Source: Balamuthia mandrillaris
Taxonomy: Eukaryota
DNA length: 64,000 nt
Assembly: GCA_031835245.2 (NCBI GenBank)
Contig: JAVKOQ020000010.1
Span: forward strand, 1 to 64,000
Direction of reading: 5' to 3'
Shown here: one piece after another, positions 38,968 through 52,065 of the stretch
Position numbering within the stretch: position 1 is the first letter of the stretch
Layout: each line of letters starts with the position of its first letter
Position numbers and translations under genes: made by a program
The notes under the pieces: model-generated
Told to the model about the DNA's origin: nothing
What the model saw: the letters and a program-made list of their open reading frames with translations, nothing else
The model's database searches: none

Positions 38968-40126
38968 GGAGGGAGAGTTACTTGAGCTCCCCAGCCAACC
39001 AAGGTGACATCGGTGCCTTGACGGACAATGCGAGCCTTGCTCAGGGGGAGTGTGTAGTCCTTGAGAGGGACAGCCTCCACCGCGGAGCGGTAGAGCCGTT
39101 TGGGTTCAAAAAAGATTACAGGGTTGGGATCCCGTATGGAAGCTAGCAGCAGACCTTTAGCTTCTTTTGGAGTCGAAGGAATGACCACCTTTTTTTTTTT
39201 TTTTTTTTTGTTTTAGATAAGCAACAAGGAGAGAGAGAGAGAGAGAGAAGAGTCTGTGGAAGCAACAAAACCTTGAGTCCGGGAGTATGACAAAAGTAAG
39301 CCTCGGGAGACTGGGAGTGATAGTGGCCGCCATGTCCGACCGCCCCACAGGGCGTCCTCACCGTCAACCCTCCGCAGTCAAACTGATTGCCGCTCCTGTA
39401 CCGGTACTTAGCCGCCTCGTTGACCAGCTGATCAAAGGCCGGCATGATGTAGTCCGCAAATTGCATCTCGGCGATGGCAGTGGCCTCCACGGCGGCCATG
39501 CCGATGGCGAAGCCAGCGATACCCTGCTCGCTGAGCGGGGTGTTGAAGACGCGGTCCCCGCCGTACTTGTCCCGCAGGTTGACGGTGCAACGAAAGACGC
39601 CGCCAAAGGCCACGTCCTCTCCAAAGATCACGGCCGTTGGGTCCGTGGCGAGCGCAATGTCTAGGGCGTTGTTGATGGCGGTGAAGAGGTTCATCTCTGC
39701 CGTCTCTCCTTCGTCCTCTCCTTCGACCAAGTCGGTGGTGGAAGTGGCGGGTGGTAGTTTGGCGTGGGGTTGTGTTTGTTCTTGTTGCCTACGTGGGAGA
39801 GAGGAATGAAAGCTCCTTCCATTGATGGAGGAGGAAGATGCGGGTGCTTGTAACGTGCATAACGCAGGATGGAAAGGTTGACGCTATTTGTTCGGTAATA
39901 AATAATAAAAAAAAACAGCAACAACAACAAAAGGCGTGTGTTAACAAGAAGAGGAAACGCAAAAAAAAAGAGAACAACAAACGGGAAAAAAAAGGAACAA
40001 ATGCGTTCAAAGAAAAATTATATCAAAGGTTTTTTTTTATTTCCAAACCTTGAACCTTCGTAGCGAAGAGAAGGTACCAGCGGGGGCCGGTTTTCTAGAA
40101 ACGCTACAAGTCTGACGGAAGAACAT
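38545..40126 (-). CDS. BCKDHB: Branched-chain alpha-keto acid dehydrogenase E1 beta subunit, multi-exon
   Basis: [59 protein letters not shown] and [10 protein letters not shown]. Probable ATG at 40126 begins a targeting-peptide exon. Confidence 0.96.
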
Positions 40127-40989
40127 GCCGGCCACTCAAAAAGCTATCGCCACCGTCTTTGGGTCTTGTTTGTTAATATTTTTTTTTAAAAAAAAATATG
40201 AGCCCGCTTCCTCTTTCCTTTCTTCTCCGCTTTGGTTTGTCGGCAATAATTTTCTTCCTTCTTTTCGCTGCGCCACATTGTTGGCATTCTTGCGCCACTC
40301 GGGATCACAACCGTTGAGGAGTCACCGTAGGACCGGTTTGCGGGATATTTTCGTGGGCGCTTTTCGCTAGCTGGTTGGGTGGGTTGTTGGTGACAGTTTT
40401 TTTTTTTTTTACGGTTGCGGTTGGTGGGGGCTTTTCGTTTCTGAAAGGAAAAGAGCTGGACAACCGTCACAACGCACACCTCGTCCCTCCGTTTTGCTAG
40501 GGTTTCTTTTTTTTAAAATCTCTCTCTCTCTTCAGTTTGGCGTTTTTCGAAGCACACAAGGCCACACGCACGGTTGCTTAGAGAGAAAGGGACCTATCTC
40601 TTTTTTTTTTTTTTTAAAAAAAGGTGTTGGTAGACGATTATAACCTGCGCTCTGTTCGGGTACGTGATTCTTCTCCTTCGCCTGGCAATTTCTCACAATC
40701 CTTTTACTCTGTTTTTGTATGGCGCGCGTGTGCTCTCATCTTTTCTACAAAACCGTGAACAGAAAGGACAACCTACTGGTTGCCAAAGGGAGTTTATTGA
40801 AAACATCTTTTAGTCAGATCCGCAGCCACATCACAGATCACGGCAGAACGTCGTCTTTCCTGCTTTCTTTTTGGCGTGCCTCCTCAGTCCTTGTCGACAC
40901 ACCGTCCCATAATGAGTAACTGTAACCAAGAAATTTCGATGAGTTTTGCAAACTTTCCATTGGTCGAAAACTCCGCGTGAAAGTCCAAC

Positions 40990-41345
40990 ATCCAATCATT
41001 AAAACCCCGTTGACAGAAAAAGGAAGCAAGGCAAAAACTCCTTCTGTTCCCAAGTTTCTGCCATTTTACCGTTTTTCTTCAGCATCGCACACAGCAACGC
41101 CGCTTTTTGACCGTTATCCCCTCCTGGAAACCCCCCTATTTTTTTTTTGTATATATTCCGTTACGCGCCTAAACGAAACCGTTAACTTCGGTTTGCTCTT
41201 CCCGCGTTTTTTTTTGTGCGCGTTCGTTAGTGGGTGGTGTTGAGGTTCATGTTGTGCTATTTTTATTTTCTCGACCGTTGCCTCACTCTGTCCTCACGAA
41301 CAAGCCGTTGCAAAAAAGATCTCTCTCTCGCCCAGCTTTGAAGAT
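40990..41345 (+). promoter_or_regulatory. Putative cell-cycle promoter: clustered Myb/MSA sites plus CCAAT, E2F-like and CHR-like motifs
   Basis: CCGTTR at 41007, 41111, 41158, 41179, 41275 and 41305; CCAAT ~40992; TTCCCGCG ~41199; TTTGAA 41337. Confidence 0.6.
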
Positions 41346-41404
41346 TTGATTTGATTTTTTCGATTCGATTTTTTGATCGTTGTGATTTGGTGATTTAAGA
41401 AAAG

Positions 41405-43725
41405 ATGTCAGTCAAACGAGGTATCAACTTGGAGCAACAAGAGTACCATCCAGATGGAGTGTACTACCACGACGAAGTGGAGGAAGAAGAAGATGAAGAT
41501 GATCTCGAAGATGACTACGAAGATGATGAAGATGAGGAGGAGTACACATCTGATGACGTGGACATGGAAGTGGCCCACTACCCAACTGGCCTCGATGGCA
41601 CAGAGGGTAACCTCAGCTCCAAAAAGAGTAGAAGGTATGTGCTCCTTTCCAAAAAAAAAAAAAAGCAAGGGACTATAGTGGTGTTATTTCCTCCTCTTTT
41701 CTGTTATGGTAACATATTTATTCCTCAAGACGACGAAAGAAACTGGTGAAACGCACGTCAAAGGGTAAGTGGACGCCAGAGGAAGACGCCTTGCTTCGCA
41801 AAGTCGTGCTCCATCACAAGGGCAAGAACTGGAAAACCATCGCCACCTACTTTGAGGGCAGAACCAACGTGCAGTGCCTCCATCGATGGCAGAAGGTCTT
41901 GAACCCGGAGCTGGTCAAGGGACCCTGGACCAAGGAGGAGGACGAGCTGCTGCGCAAGTTTGTGGCCATATATGGACCCAAGAACTGGGCACAGATCGCC
42001 AAAGAATTGGGAGGCAGGATAGGAAAGCAATGCAGGGAGAGGTGCGTGGTTCCCCCTCGAAGATAAAAACCAAAACCGATTCTGACGAACTAACGCAACT
42101 CTATTTTTCTTGTGCGCAGATGGTATAACAACCTGAACCCAAACATAAAGAGAGATGCCTGGTCCCAGGAAGAAGACCAGACCATCTTTGAAGCACAGCA
42201 GCGTTTGGGCAATCGCTGGGTGGAGATCGCCAAGCTCTTGCCTGGACGCACCCCCAACGCTATCAAGAACCACTGGAACTCTAAACTCCAAAAGTACAAG
42301 CTGGTGCAGAAGCCAGATGGCAAAGATGGGTTCGAATTCACTCTCAAAGATCCGGAGGAACGGCAGAAGGAGAAGGAGACCGCCAAAAAGCAGCAAGTCA
42401 AGAAGGAGGCGGCCTCCATTGCTGTTAGTGCCGCGGCAGATCTTCGACCTCGCAAACGTTCTCGCTCAGTGCGGTCCTCTGCCGCTGCAGAACGATCCAG
42501 AGAAACCTCCTCCGCACAACAACTGACCAGTGACGACACGGCCGCCGCGCTCTCCGCAATCCAGATCAAATCAGAACCGCTGGACAGTTCTTCGCCGGAG
42601 AGCTCGCCTCGCGTACAGTCATCCAGGCCTTACTCCACTGGCAGCCCGCCTACCTTATTCCCCTACAACGATGCGTATGTCCCTTTGGAGGCTGCCTCCT
42701 CCTCTCCTGATCCATCTGCTGCCAACCATCATTTGCACAGCCAACCATTTCCTTTTGCCGTGCCCACTGCCACTTCCAGCTCTTCTTCCTCTTCTCATCA
42801 CATGCCGCTATTCAACTACCCAACTTTTCTGTGCCAACAACAGCAACACCAGCAACATCCTGCTAATGTCCCTGAGTTTGCGTCCTCATCTCTCTTCTTC
42901 TCGTCCCCCACCTCCCACTCGGCCCCCACTTCGCCCATGGACATACGAAGAGCGAGCAGCATGTCTGCCCACCCTCCTCATTCCCGTCACCGAGCAGCCA
43001 CCGCAACGAAACCACCTCTTGCCTTTCCTTCCCACCGACACCCTCAACAACACCAACAACAGCAGCATGGACGCGGAGGAATAAGCAGGTCATTACCGGA
43101 CTATGCGGTCGGTGGATTTGTGTTTCCTACGGAGGATGACGACTCTAATGGCCCCTTCTATATGGCAATACATGGAGAAGAGGCATTGCAACAACCGCCT
43201 TCTCCCTCTGACTTAGGGAATGCACTCTCCTTTCAATTTGATGACGATGAGGCAACCCTCTTTAGGAGACCTCCCTCTCGCACCTCTGTACATATGATGA
43301 ACCATCCGTTTGAGTTTGGAGAGCCGTTTGCCGAATCATCGCCTCTTGAATGGGAACCTGCTCCTTCCTCCTCTTCTGCCTCTCATTTCTTTGCCCAACA
43401 ACAACACCATCATCCTTCATCCTCCTCAGACGTATCTCTGGAGTATCGCCTCACACCGCACGAACATACCAATCCTCAACATCCTCCCTCCATGGACTAC
43501 CATCAGCATCAGCATCATCAGTATCACCATCACCATCCATCCTCATCCTCGCCTTGTTCTTCTTCTCCTCCATCTTCTTTTGTAACAGATGAACCCGACA
43601 CTGAACTTCCCTTTGAGAGCCTTGTGCCGATGGAACCTCTAGAGTTTGACACCCAAATTAGCAGCAGCTCAGCGCATCATCACCTTCACTCCAAACACGC
43701 TCTTCCTGTGCATCGGCGGCCTTGA
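41405..43725 (+). CDS. Three-repeat (R1R2R3) Myb transcription factor
   Basis: [71 protein letters not shown]. Two introns (~41635-41729, ~42042-42119). Acidic N-terminus and low-complexity C-terminus. Confidence 0.95.
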
Positions 43726-43840
43726 TGTTGCTTCCATTTTTTTTTAATCTTCTCTTCTCTTGTACAAATCCCCCTTTTTTCTGCACCTTCAGCAGTGTAA
43801 ATAGACGTTGATAAGCAGTTCCATTTCCTTTCCTCTCCCT

Positions 43841-43886
43841 CTATGGCAATTGTGGAACTAATTTCGCGTGAGTGGAAAAGAAAAGC

Positions 43887-43930
<44 letters not shown>

Positions 43931-45108
43931 GGATAACACTTACCAAGATATCCCATCTGCTGAAGGCCGGCTTCCGGTTCTGTTTTCTGGAAGAGGGACA
44001 GGTAGGGCGAGCCAGGGCAAGAGACCTTCAACCCGAGTTCCTTGTGGTACCGTGTCACAATGTCCTCCAAACTCTTGCATTCTGTTTTTGGAATGCCAAC
44101 ACATTAGCTTCTGCTCTCTGCTCTCTGCTCTCTCGTTTTTGCCTTCTTACAAGGACATGGGACACAAACCAATGTTGCCGATGGTGTAGCCGGTGCCTGG
44201 GGAGTGAGACACTCGATAGTGCTTCACAGCAAGCTTGCTACGGGCGCTGGCGTCCAAAACTGAGATAGAGTAGCTTCCAGGTTCCTTGCTGCTGAACCGT
44301 ATCAAAAACGTGCCTTTACGCTGTTTGTTCAGAGCCCTCTCTGCCTCTGCAGCCGAAAAGAAGCCAAAGAACCAACTGCAAAACCAGTTGCATAAGTTAC
44401 AGAAGAAAAACAAGAAGGACAAGAAAGAGAAGGCGTACGGTTGAGCGAGGAGCGTGGTAATTCTTTGCAAGATAGCGACACCATCCTTGCCTTCCTCCAA
44501 AGGCCCAAACCAGCACAACATATTCGCAAAGTCCTCCATTTTTACCAGGTTCTTCTTTTCTGGTTCTGGCGCAAGCGGATATGCTACAGAGAAAGGATCA
44601 GCAACCGATATAGTTACAAAAAGTGGAAAAACTGTACCAACTATACTCTTGAGACAAGCAAATCGAACGTCGGTACCCTCGTTGGGAGGTCTCATGTGCA
44701 GAAAAGCACAAAAGCCGCCAACAAACTCCAACCACGGCACTTTCAGCAGTTCTAGAAAGTGGGTGGTCCACAAACGTTGACCAGCGAGGTCGCTTATCAC
44801 CGCTTGGATGATGATCTCATCAAACTTGGGAAGCATTTGTTGGAACGTTGGTCTCTTGCCCGGCTCTGTGTTTCGTCCACTCAAAAGTAAGCAACAAGCA
44901 TAAAGGAGAGAGAGAGAAACCAAACCTGAACGCCAACAAGCCTCGATAAGATCTCGCAAAGCGATGGGGCAAGATTTGGGAATAGTAGGTCGAACAGAGT
45001 CATCACAGACGGCTTTTTTCAGCGCTTCAATGGACGTAACACCAGCAAACGGTTGTTCCCTCGTCAACAACTCCCTATTTTTTATGATGTACAAAACTTA
45101 AGTAAAAA

Positions 45109-45147
<39 letters not shown>

Positions 45148-46770
45148 AAGAGAGAACTACTACCAGAGAACAATACCAAAGCTATAAACATCCTGTTTGG
45201 GAGTAAATGGCTTCATTTAGCCAAAAAAAAAAAAAACAAGACAAATGCCGTTCAAGAAGCTACAATACGCACCGCACTTGAATCATAGGGTTTGCCTAGC
45301 AGTATCTCGGGAGCCATCCTAATTACAACACATAAGAACGCATCATCATGAATGAAAAAGAACAAACAAAAGGAATAAATATTACCAAAGAGGAGTTCCA
45401 ACGCTGTCTTTGGTTTCCTCGCTCTCGCCCTCGTCGAAGCGACAGAGCCCAAAGTCAGCAACTTTGACTGTCCAGTTCTGATCCACCAACAAATTTGCTG
45501 CAAAATGAGACGACAAAGTAAGTGTACAATTGAGTATCACCACAAAGGAAGCTTTGAACTCTGCAGTGCTTTCCAGTTCGGAAGAAAAACGTACCACTCT
45601 ATAGAAAGAAAAAGTTTGTTAGAGATTGTCAACGAAATTGAAATAAACAAACAAGAGAAAAAGCTTTATACCTTTAAATCTGTCCTCAGAATAGCGAAAC
45701 AAATAAATAAAAGCAACAAAGTAAGAGAAAGAAAAATAGATAAGAAAATAGACAAGAAAAGCAAGGCAAACCGCGATGAATGATGGGAGGGTCAAGACAA
45801 TGCAGCCAGTTCATGCCAAGTGCAGCTTGCTTAGCCATCAGCATGCGTCGTTTGAAGGTAAGCTCCACTTGCGGATTATGCAGCAGGTCTTGGACGGATC
45901 CTTTTGCCATGAACTCAGTAACGATCATGAGCTTGCCCGGTTCGGTGCACGCTCCCATGAACAGCAACAAATGGGGTTGTCTCAATTTACTGTTCTCAAG
46001 TTTAACGAAGGAACAATTGGTCAGAAAAGAAGAAGAGGAAAGAAGAGAAGAAGAGAGAAGAAAGAAGAAGAGGGGAGAAGAAGAAGCACAAGAAGAACAC
46101 AAACAAGAAGAAAGGGCTTTAACCTCATTATGCGCATTTCGCGGCGGAAGGACGTAAGGGAAGCCTCGCTCATGTTCTGCTTGGTCAAACGTTTGATGGC
46201 CACCTGTTGCCCTCTCAACGTTCCCTATTTGTAAAGTTTGATGAATAACAACTCCCAAAATATGTTAAAAAAACACAGAAGAGAGAGAAAGAGAGAGAGA
46301 GAGAAGAGAGAGCACCTGATGAACAACACCAAAAGCACCTTGTCCAAGACGAGTGCCCAAACGTATCTCCTCCGAGCGCAGCTCCCAGCGATTCCGTTTG
46401 CTGGCCTTGTTCGTGCCGCTGCTCTTTTTCTTCTTTTTCTTCTTTGTCTTTTTGCCGCTACCGCTACCGCTCTCTGCCACGGCGTCTTTCTTCTTGGTTG
46501 AGGTCGATGCCTTCTTTTTCTTCTTGCCGGTGGAGGTTTTCTGGTGAGATGCTGCTACGGCTGCTCCCCCTGCCTCGCCGGAAGAAGCACCGTCCTGCTG
46601 TTCTCTCTGTATTCATTTATTTCAATAGAAATCAAAAAAAGATAAGTGAAGCAAAAAGAAAAAAAAAAAAAGAAGCCTACCGAAGGAAGAGCTTTTGGCT
46701 GGGCGATGATCTCCTGGTCAGAGCCCTCCGACTCGCTCTCGCTCAACCACGCCGCCCCGCCTTTCTCCAT
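43841..46770 (-). CDS. TKL protein kinase with C-terminal SH2 domain (Dictyostelium Shk-like), many exons
   Basis: LGQGAFGVV, VAIK, HRDLKSANLL (assembled through microexons), VADFGL, GTPLW|MAPE, DVYSFGIVLW; SH2 WFFG..AEAERAL..GTFLIRFS..KHYRV. Confidence 0.92.
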
Positions 46771-47053
46771 AGAGCCTAGCCTCTCCTTCTTCTTTTCGTT
46801 GTTTTATATTCTTTTATTTTTTTCGTTGTCAAAAATTTCATTTTTTATTTTTATTTCTTTAAAAACCAAAAAACCAAATTGCAAGAATTACGGATCGAAC
46901 TGACATCCTTCGGGCGGATCTTAATTTACCTTTTTAAAAGTTGTGTTGATCTGGATAATAGGCTAATAGGTGAAGTCTGCGACGACAACGAAAAAAAGCG
47001 ACAGAAGAGAAGACGGATCTGGCGGACGACAGTGGTTGTTGATCTTCTCTGAC

Positions 47054-47085
<32 letters not shown>

Positions 47086-47210
47086 TTGTCAGTTTCCCTT
47101 GTGTCCCTTGTTGGTGTCTTTTCCTCTTCTTTTGTGTTGTTCTCTCCCTCCCGTACACTCGCGTACAGGTAATGATCTTCCTTCCATTGTCGTGCGTATT
47201 TGCTCTTTTC

Positions 47211-47252
<42 letters not shown>

Positions 47253-47483
47253 CTCTTTCACTCTCTCTCTTCCACAAACTCATGAACAACCTTTTTTTTA
47301 TCTCTTCTCTGCTTCTCTCTCCCTCCCCCTCCTCTCCCTCTCCCTTATCCCCGAGGAAAGGTCACCAATGGCCTTCTTCTACTGGGAGCAACAACAGCCA
47401 TAAAAAAAAAACAGCAAAATAAACAGCAACAAAAAAAAAAGTCGGCCCTTTGAGAGGAGTCCAATCCAGCAACGAAAAATAAA

Positions 47484-49214
47484 ATGAGTAGCAGCAGTGA
47501 AGACGGGGATGTTGGCTCCAGCGTAGGGCTGCTCGATCGCTCTTCCTCAGATACTTCCGCCTTGATAGTGGTACCCGTGGACCAGGACCCTCTCACCTCA
47601 GGAGCTGCTGCTTCCTCCTCTGCTTCTTCTTCTAACGGGAAGGGGGAGTCCGGCCCTTCCCTTTCTGCTTCTTCCTCTCGTCTGCCGACTCCTCTGGTTC
47701 AACTGGTGGAGCCCTCCTCTCTTACTTCAGGTTCTTCCTCGTCCAACGACGTCGCTCCCAACTCGAAACACCAACCCTCCACGACTTCCATCGAGAGAGG
47801 AGACCAGCAGCAGCTACAAAAACAAGTGTCCAGCTCCAGAATCCAAGACCAAGTTGCTGATAACAAGAAGAAACATACGGGAAAGGAGGAGAGAGATATT
47901 CGTCGTTCCTTTCAACCCCAACCTCAACAACATCGCAAAAAGGACAAACGTGGCAAACGAACAAGAGCTCTTGTGACCGGAGGAAAGAGACGAGAAAACA
48001 AAGAGAGACGGGCGAGAAAGCCTTCCACCAAGCAACGTTCCGAAAGCAGCAGCAGCAGCGATAGCTCCGATGACGAGCGTCATCGTCAGGACCGCCGGCG
48101 CACCTCCCCCGACACCTCTCATCATCACACCAACTCCTCTGACGATGGAAGTTCCGACAGTCATAGCAGCAGCAGCAGCGACAGCGATGATGGACGCAAC
48201 AGTCCCTCCAAACCACAGATCCAATGGCAAAAGAATAGTGGCGCTCATCCACATGCTTCTCGGAGCAAAAGTGGTCGTCCAAGGAGACTCAGTGCGCTTG
48301 CTAGCTCTGTTGGACGAAGGGATCATAAAGATGCAAGCAAAGGAGGAGGGCGTCATTCTCTCCGTCGCCACAAGAACGACAAGATGAGGAGCACTAGCCT
48401 CATAAAGAATAGCTTATCTCGCACCTCCGTTCCACTTTGGGGCGATCGGGGTCATAGCAGCAGCAGTAGCAGCAGTAGCAGCAGCGATACTGACAGCTCG
48501 TCTGACGATGAACATTCTTCGTTTGGTCGTGGAAGAGGAGCTGGAGGTGTAACAACTCCCAGCGCTTCTTCCTCCTCTTCTGATGAGAAAGGTGTGGAGG
48601 AGGGAGACGAGGACGAGGCCGTAACCGCTTTAGATGATTATTCTTTCTCTGTCATCTCTCGTAAGGAAGGCGGACTGAGTGCCAGCACCAGCGGTTTGAC
48701 TACTTTGAGCCAACAACAGCAACAAGAAATAGCAACTACATTACCCCACAACAGACGCACAAGCAACGCTCCCTCTTACCAATACGCTCATCGTCGTCAT
48801 CATCACCATCATCAACAGCAGCAACCGTCTTACCACCAGAACCAAAAAATTCTAGACTCATCATTTGCTGGACCGGAGCATCCTCCTTCTCCGTGGACCC
48901 GATTGTCTAGTTCTACTCCAAACCTACAAACACCACAACAGAAACAAGAAGACACTCAGCCAGCAGGCAAAGCTAACAACAATGGTAACAAAACAAAGGG
49001 AAAGGAGAAAGAAACAACAGATGCGGAAGAACAACAGGGAACAACAACAACAGAGGAAAAGCAACAAGAGACAGATTCAGGACGGAAAAAAGGAGGAGCG
49101 GCACGACACCACAGACGCACTCTTAATCAACAACTCATCGAGGAGAATGAAAGAAAGATGATGGAGATACAAAATACTCGGACAAAGGTGAGAGCCTCAT
49201 TTGTTGCCTCTCTG

Positions 49215-49252
<38 letters not shown>

Positions 49253-49409
49253 CCTCCCTCCCTCCCTCCCCCCTCTCGTTTTTGTGTAAACATCGGCATT
49301 TGCTCACATTCTGTGTTGGTTCTTTTAAAAGCTTCGCACAGCAACTGCAGGAACCAGCACAAGTTCAAATCCCATCCCTACGCCCAGTTTTGGTTTCTTG
49401 TCCATCTCC

Positions 49410-49445
<36 letters not shown>

Positions 49446-51487
49446 GCCTCTCTCCCTTTCGGCTTTCTTCCGAGCTCACATCTATTTAACGATAAAACAG
49501 CAAGCGTAGGACCAACAACACCGCAAAAACCAACTCCAAGCTCCGAGTCAAGCGGCTCTTACCTTGCGGCCAACGCCGATGGGCAAGTTCCCAGCAACGC
49601 CCAGCAAGTGTCTGGTGGGCCACTGCCTTCGCTACCAGACGAGCAACAGGACCAACAGAAAACTTATCAATGTTTAGTTGCTCGCACTGCTCTCATTCTT
49701 TCTTTCGGTTGGGATGACCCCAAAACCGCCCCTAGCTATTGGGAAAAGCAGTTGTTGGCACGAACGATCGTGGACAAAGACACTGGAGGTTCTTTCTTTA
49801 ATTCGTTTTCTCTCTTCCCCCTCTTCCTCTCCCCCCCTTTCTCCCTTTCTCTTCACGTTATTAACATGGCTGTTTTTTCAGATCTTATCCCTTTGTGGGA
49901 AAAGAACGACCAGCTGCCACCTCAAGCTGAGGAACTTAGTTTCCCCTTTCGGCAGTTGATAGGCTTCAAGGAACGCAAAAAGACAAAACGTGGGCAAATG
50001 GAGGTGTGGCGCTGTCGCCGGCTGAAACTCACTAAAGGGGCTTTGCAAATCTTGTTCCCCTCTCCAAAGATTTGGGCTCTGCAAGAAAGAGACCCTTCCG
50101 ACGACGATCCAGGTTCCATGTTCTCTCAGCCATCAGCAAGTTCAGCGGGCTCATCCTCATCTTCTGATTCCTCTGATCCTCAGCTCTCTTCCATTCCGCC
50201 TTCTCCCTACTATACTACAATTCCTCCCTCTGCTGCCTCTGTCCCCTCATCTTCTGCTCACAAAGCCTTTGAATATATTGACTTCCCATTGCAAGTTTTG
50301 AGTGTAGAAGCAGTGCTTTATCCATTAGGCATGGGCCTTTTGCTCTTTCAACTTGATTGGCTTCCTAAAAAGGTTCTTCATCTTTACCTCTCTTTCTTCT
50401 TCGTTCGTCGGAATTCATTCATTTTCATTTTCAGGATCCATCAGCACCTTCTCCACGATCTTCTCAAACTCTTTCTGAGTCAGATGGAGTGTTTAACAGC
50501 TCACGCAAGCGTTCCTCGTCAGCAACCACTGATGAGCCGACTATGACCCTCGATGAGCTTCGTACTTGCCTCTTTCTGGCAAAGTTCAAGCATAAGCTGC
50601 ACCATGTGTTTGAGGGTTGGACCCTTGGCACAGGCGCCTCCTATCCCTCTGCTACCTCCCACTCTGATGCGTCCTTTCTCTCATTGAGAGTGAAGCAGCA
50701 AGAGCACACGTTTTCGGACACAGCTGCAGATATGGACGATGACGAGAGTACGTCTCACCTATTCTATGCTCCTATTATCTCCCTCCCTACCTCCCTCCTC
50801 CCTCCCTCTCTCACACACATTTCCCCAATTCCTTCCTTTTCTCTATTTGGACAGCATCTATCATGACAGATGCAAGCTACGTGAACTACTCGGATGATGA
50901 CACCTCACTTGATGAAGAAAACGGCCTTACTAAACAAGAACGCCAAAAAATCCACAAAGAGCACATTCAGTGTCTCGGCAAATTAGCTCCTTCTATTTAT
51001 CCCCATCTCGGTAGCGTTTTCTTTTATATTTCAAACTTCCTTGTCGTCTCTTTCTCGCATTTGTTGCTTAGAACCGAACAACTAACTTTTGCACAAAAGG
51101 GTCAATCGCCTCTCAAAAGAAAAACGCGAGCACACAACAGGACGGCCAAGGCGACACAGAACCTCCCTCCGAGTACAACAAATATCGGCCTCGCAACTCC
51201 GTCTCCCTTGCTGCCATCGGCAACTGGTTGCTCCATCTCAACGAAGAGAATCCACTAGCTCCTCCCTCTCGCTTGCTTCATGGCCTACGAGCTCATCATC
51301 ACTCCACAGTTGTTATCGATCAAACTCCTACAGAAGCAGACGTTCAGGAATACTTGTTTCATCTTCGGAGGGCCTTCGGGCAAAGGAACCGACCTCCACC
51401 GCCCAATATACACAAGAAAGACCGTTCCTCTCATAAATTGGATGCTGTCCTGGTGCATCGGGTACGCTTTGTCGCTTCTTTCTTGTT

Positions 51488-51529
<42 letters not shown>

Positions 51530-52028
51530 TCGTTATTTACTTAACACCATTGCGAAAAACAAATAGTTGAACAGGTACATTGGCATATCAAGAGAAGGTA
51601 CCGTCAGTCTCAGCTGGCCAACCACCAAGTCCAACCTTGCCTTCGAGTTGGATGCATGGCCCGATATGTTTCAAGGCATCTATCTTATTCTAGCACAGCA
51701 TGCGTACGTTTCTTTAGCAGTTTGGTGTCTTAGAGAGAAAGAGATAGCGAGGGAAGGAGAGTAAACAAAAACTCTTTCGTTTTTTCTTTTCTAACAAAAA
51801 AAAAAAAAAAATGAAACAGGCACGGCGAGCGAGCGGTCTTGGGAGAGCTTTCCAACTTGAGCGCTTTGCAAGCAGAAAAGCTCAAACTGGATTCAGAACT
51901 GAACCAATTTTCGGAGCTGGGGCTGGGAGAAATTATTGCTTATCGTTCCGATTTTCGTGATGTGGTAAAGTATTCCATATGAACGAAACAACCATTGTGT
52001 TTACACTTTTCTTTTTTCGTTCTTCTTA

Positions 52029-52065
<37 letters not shown>

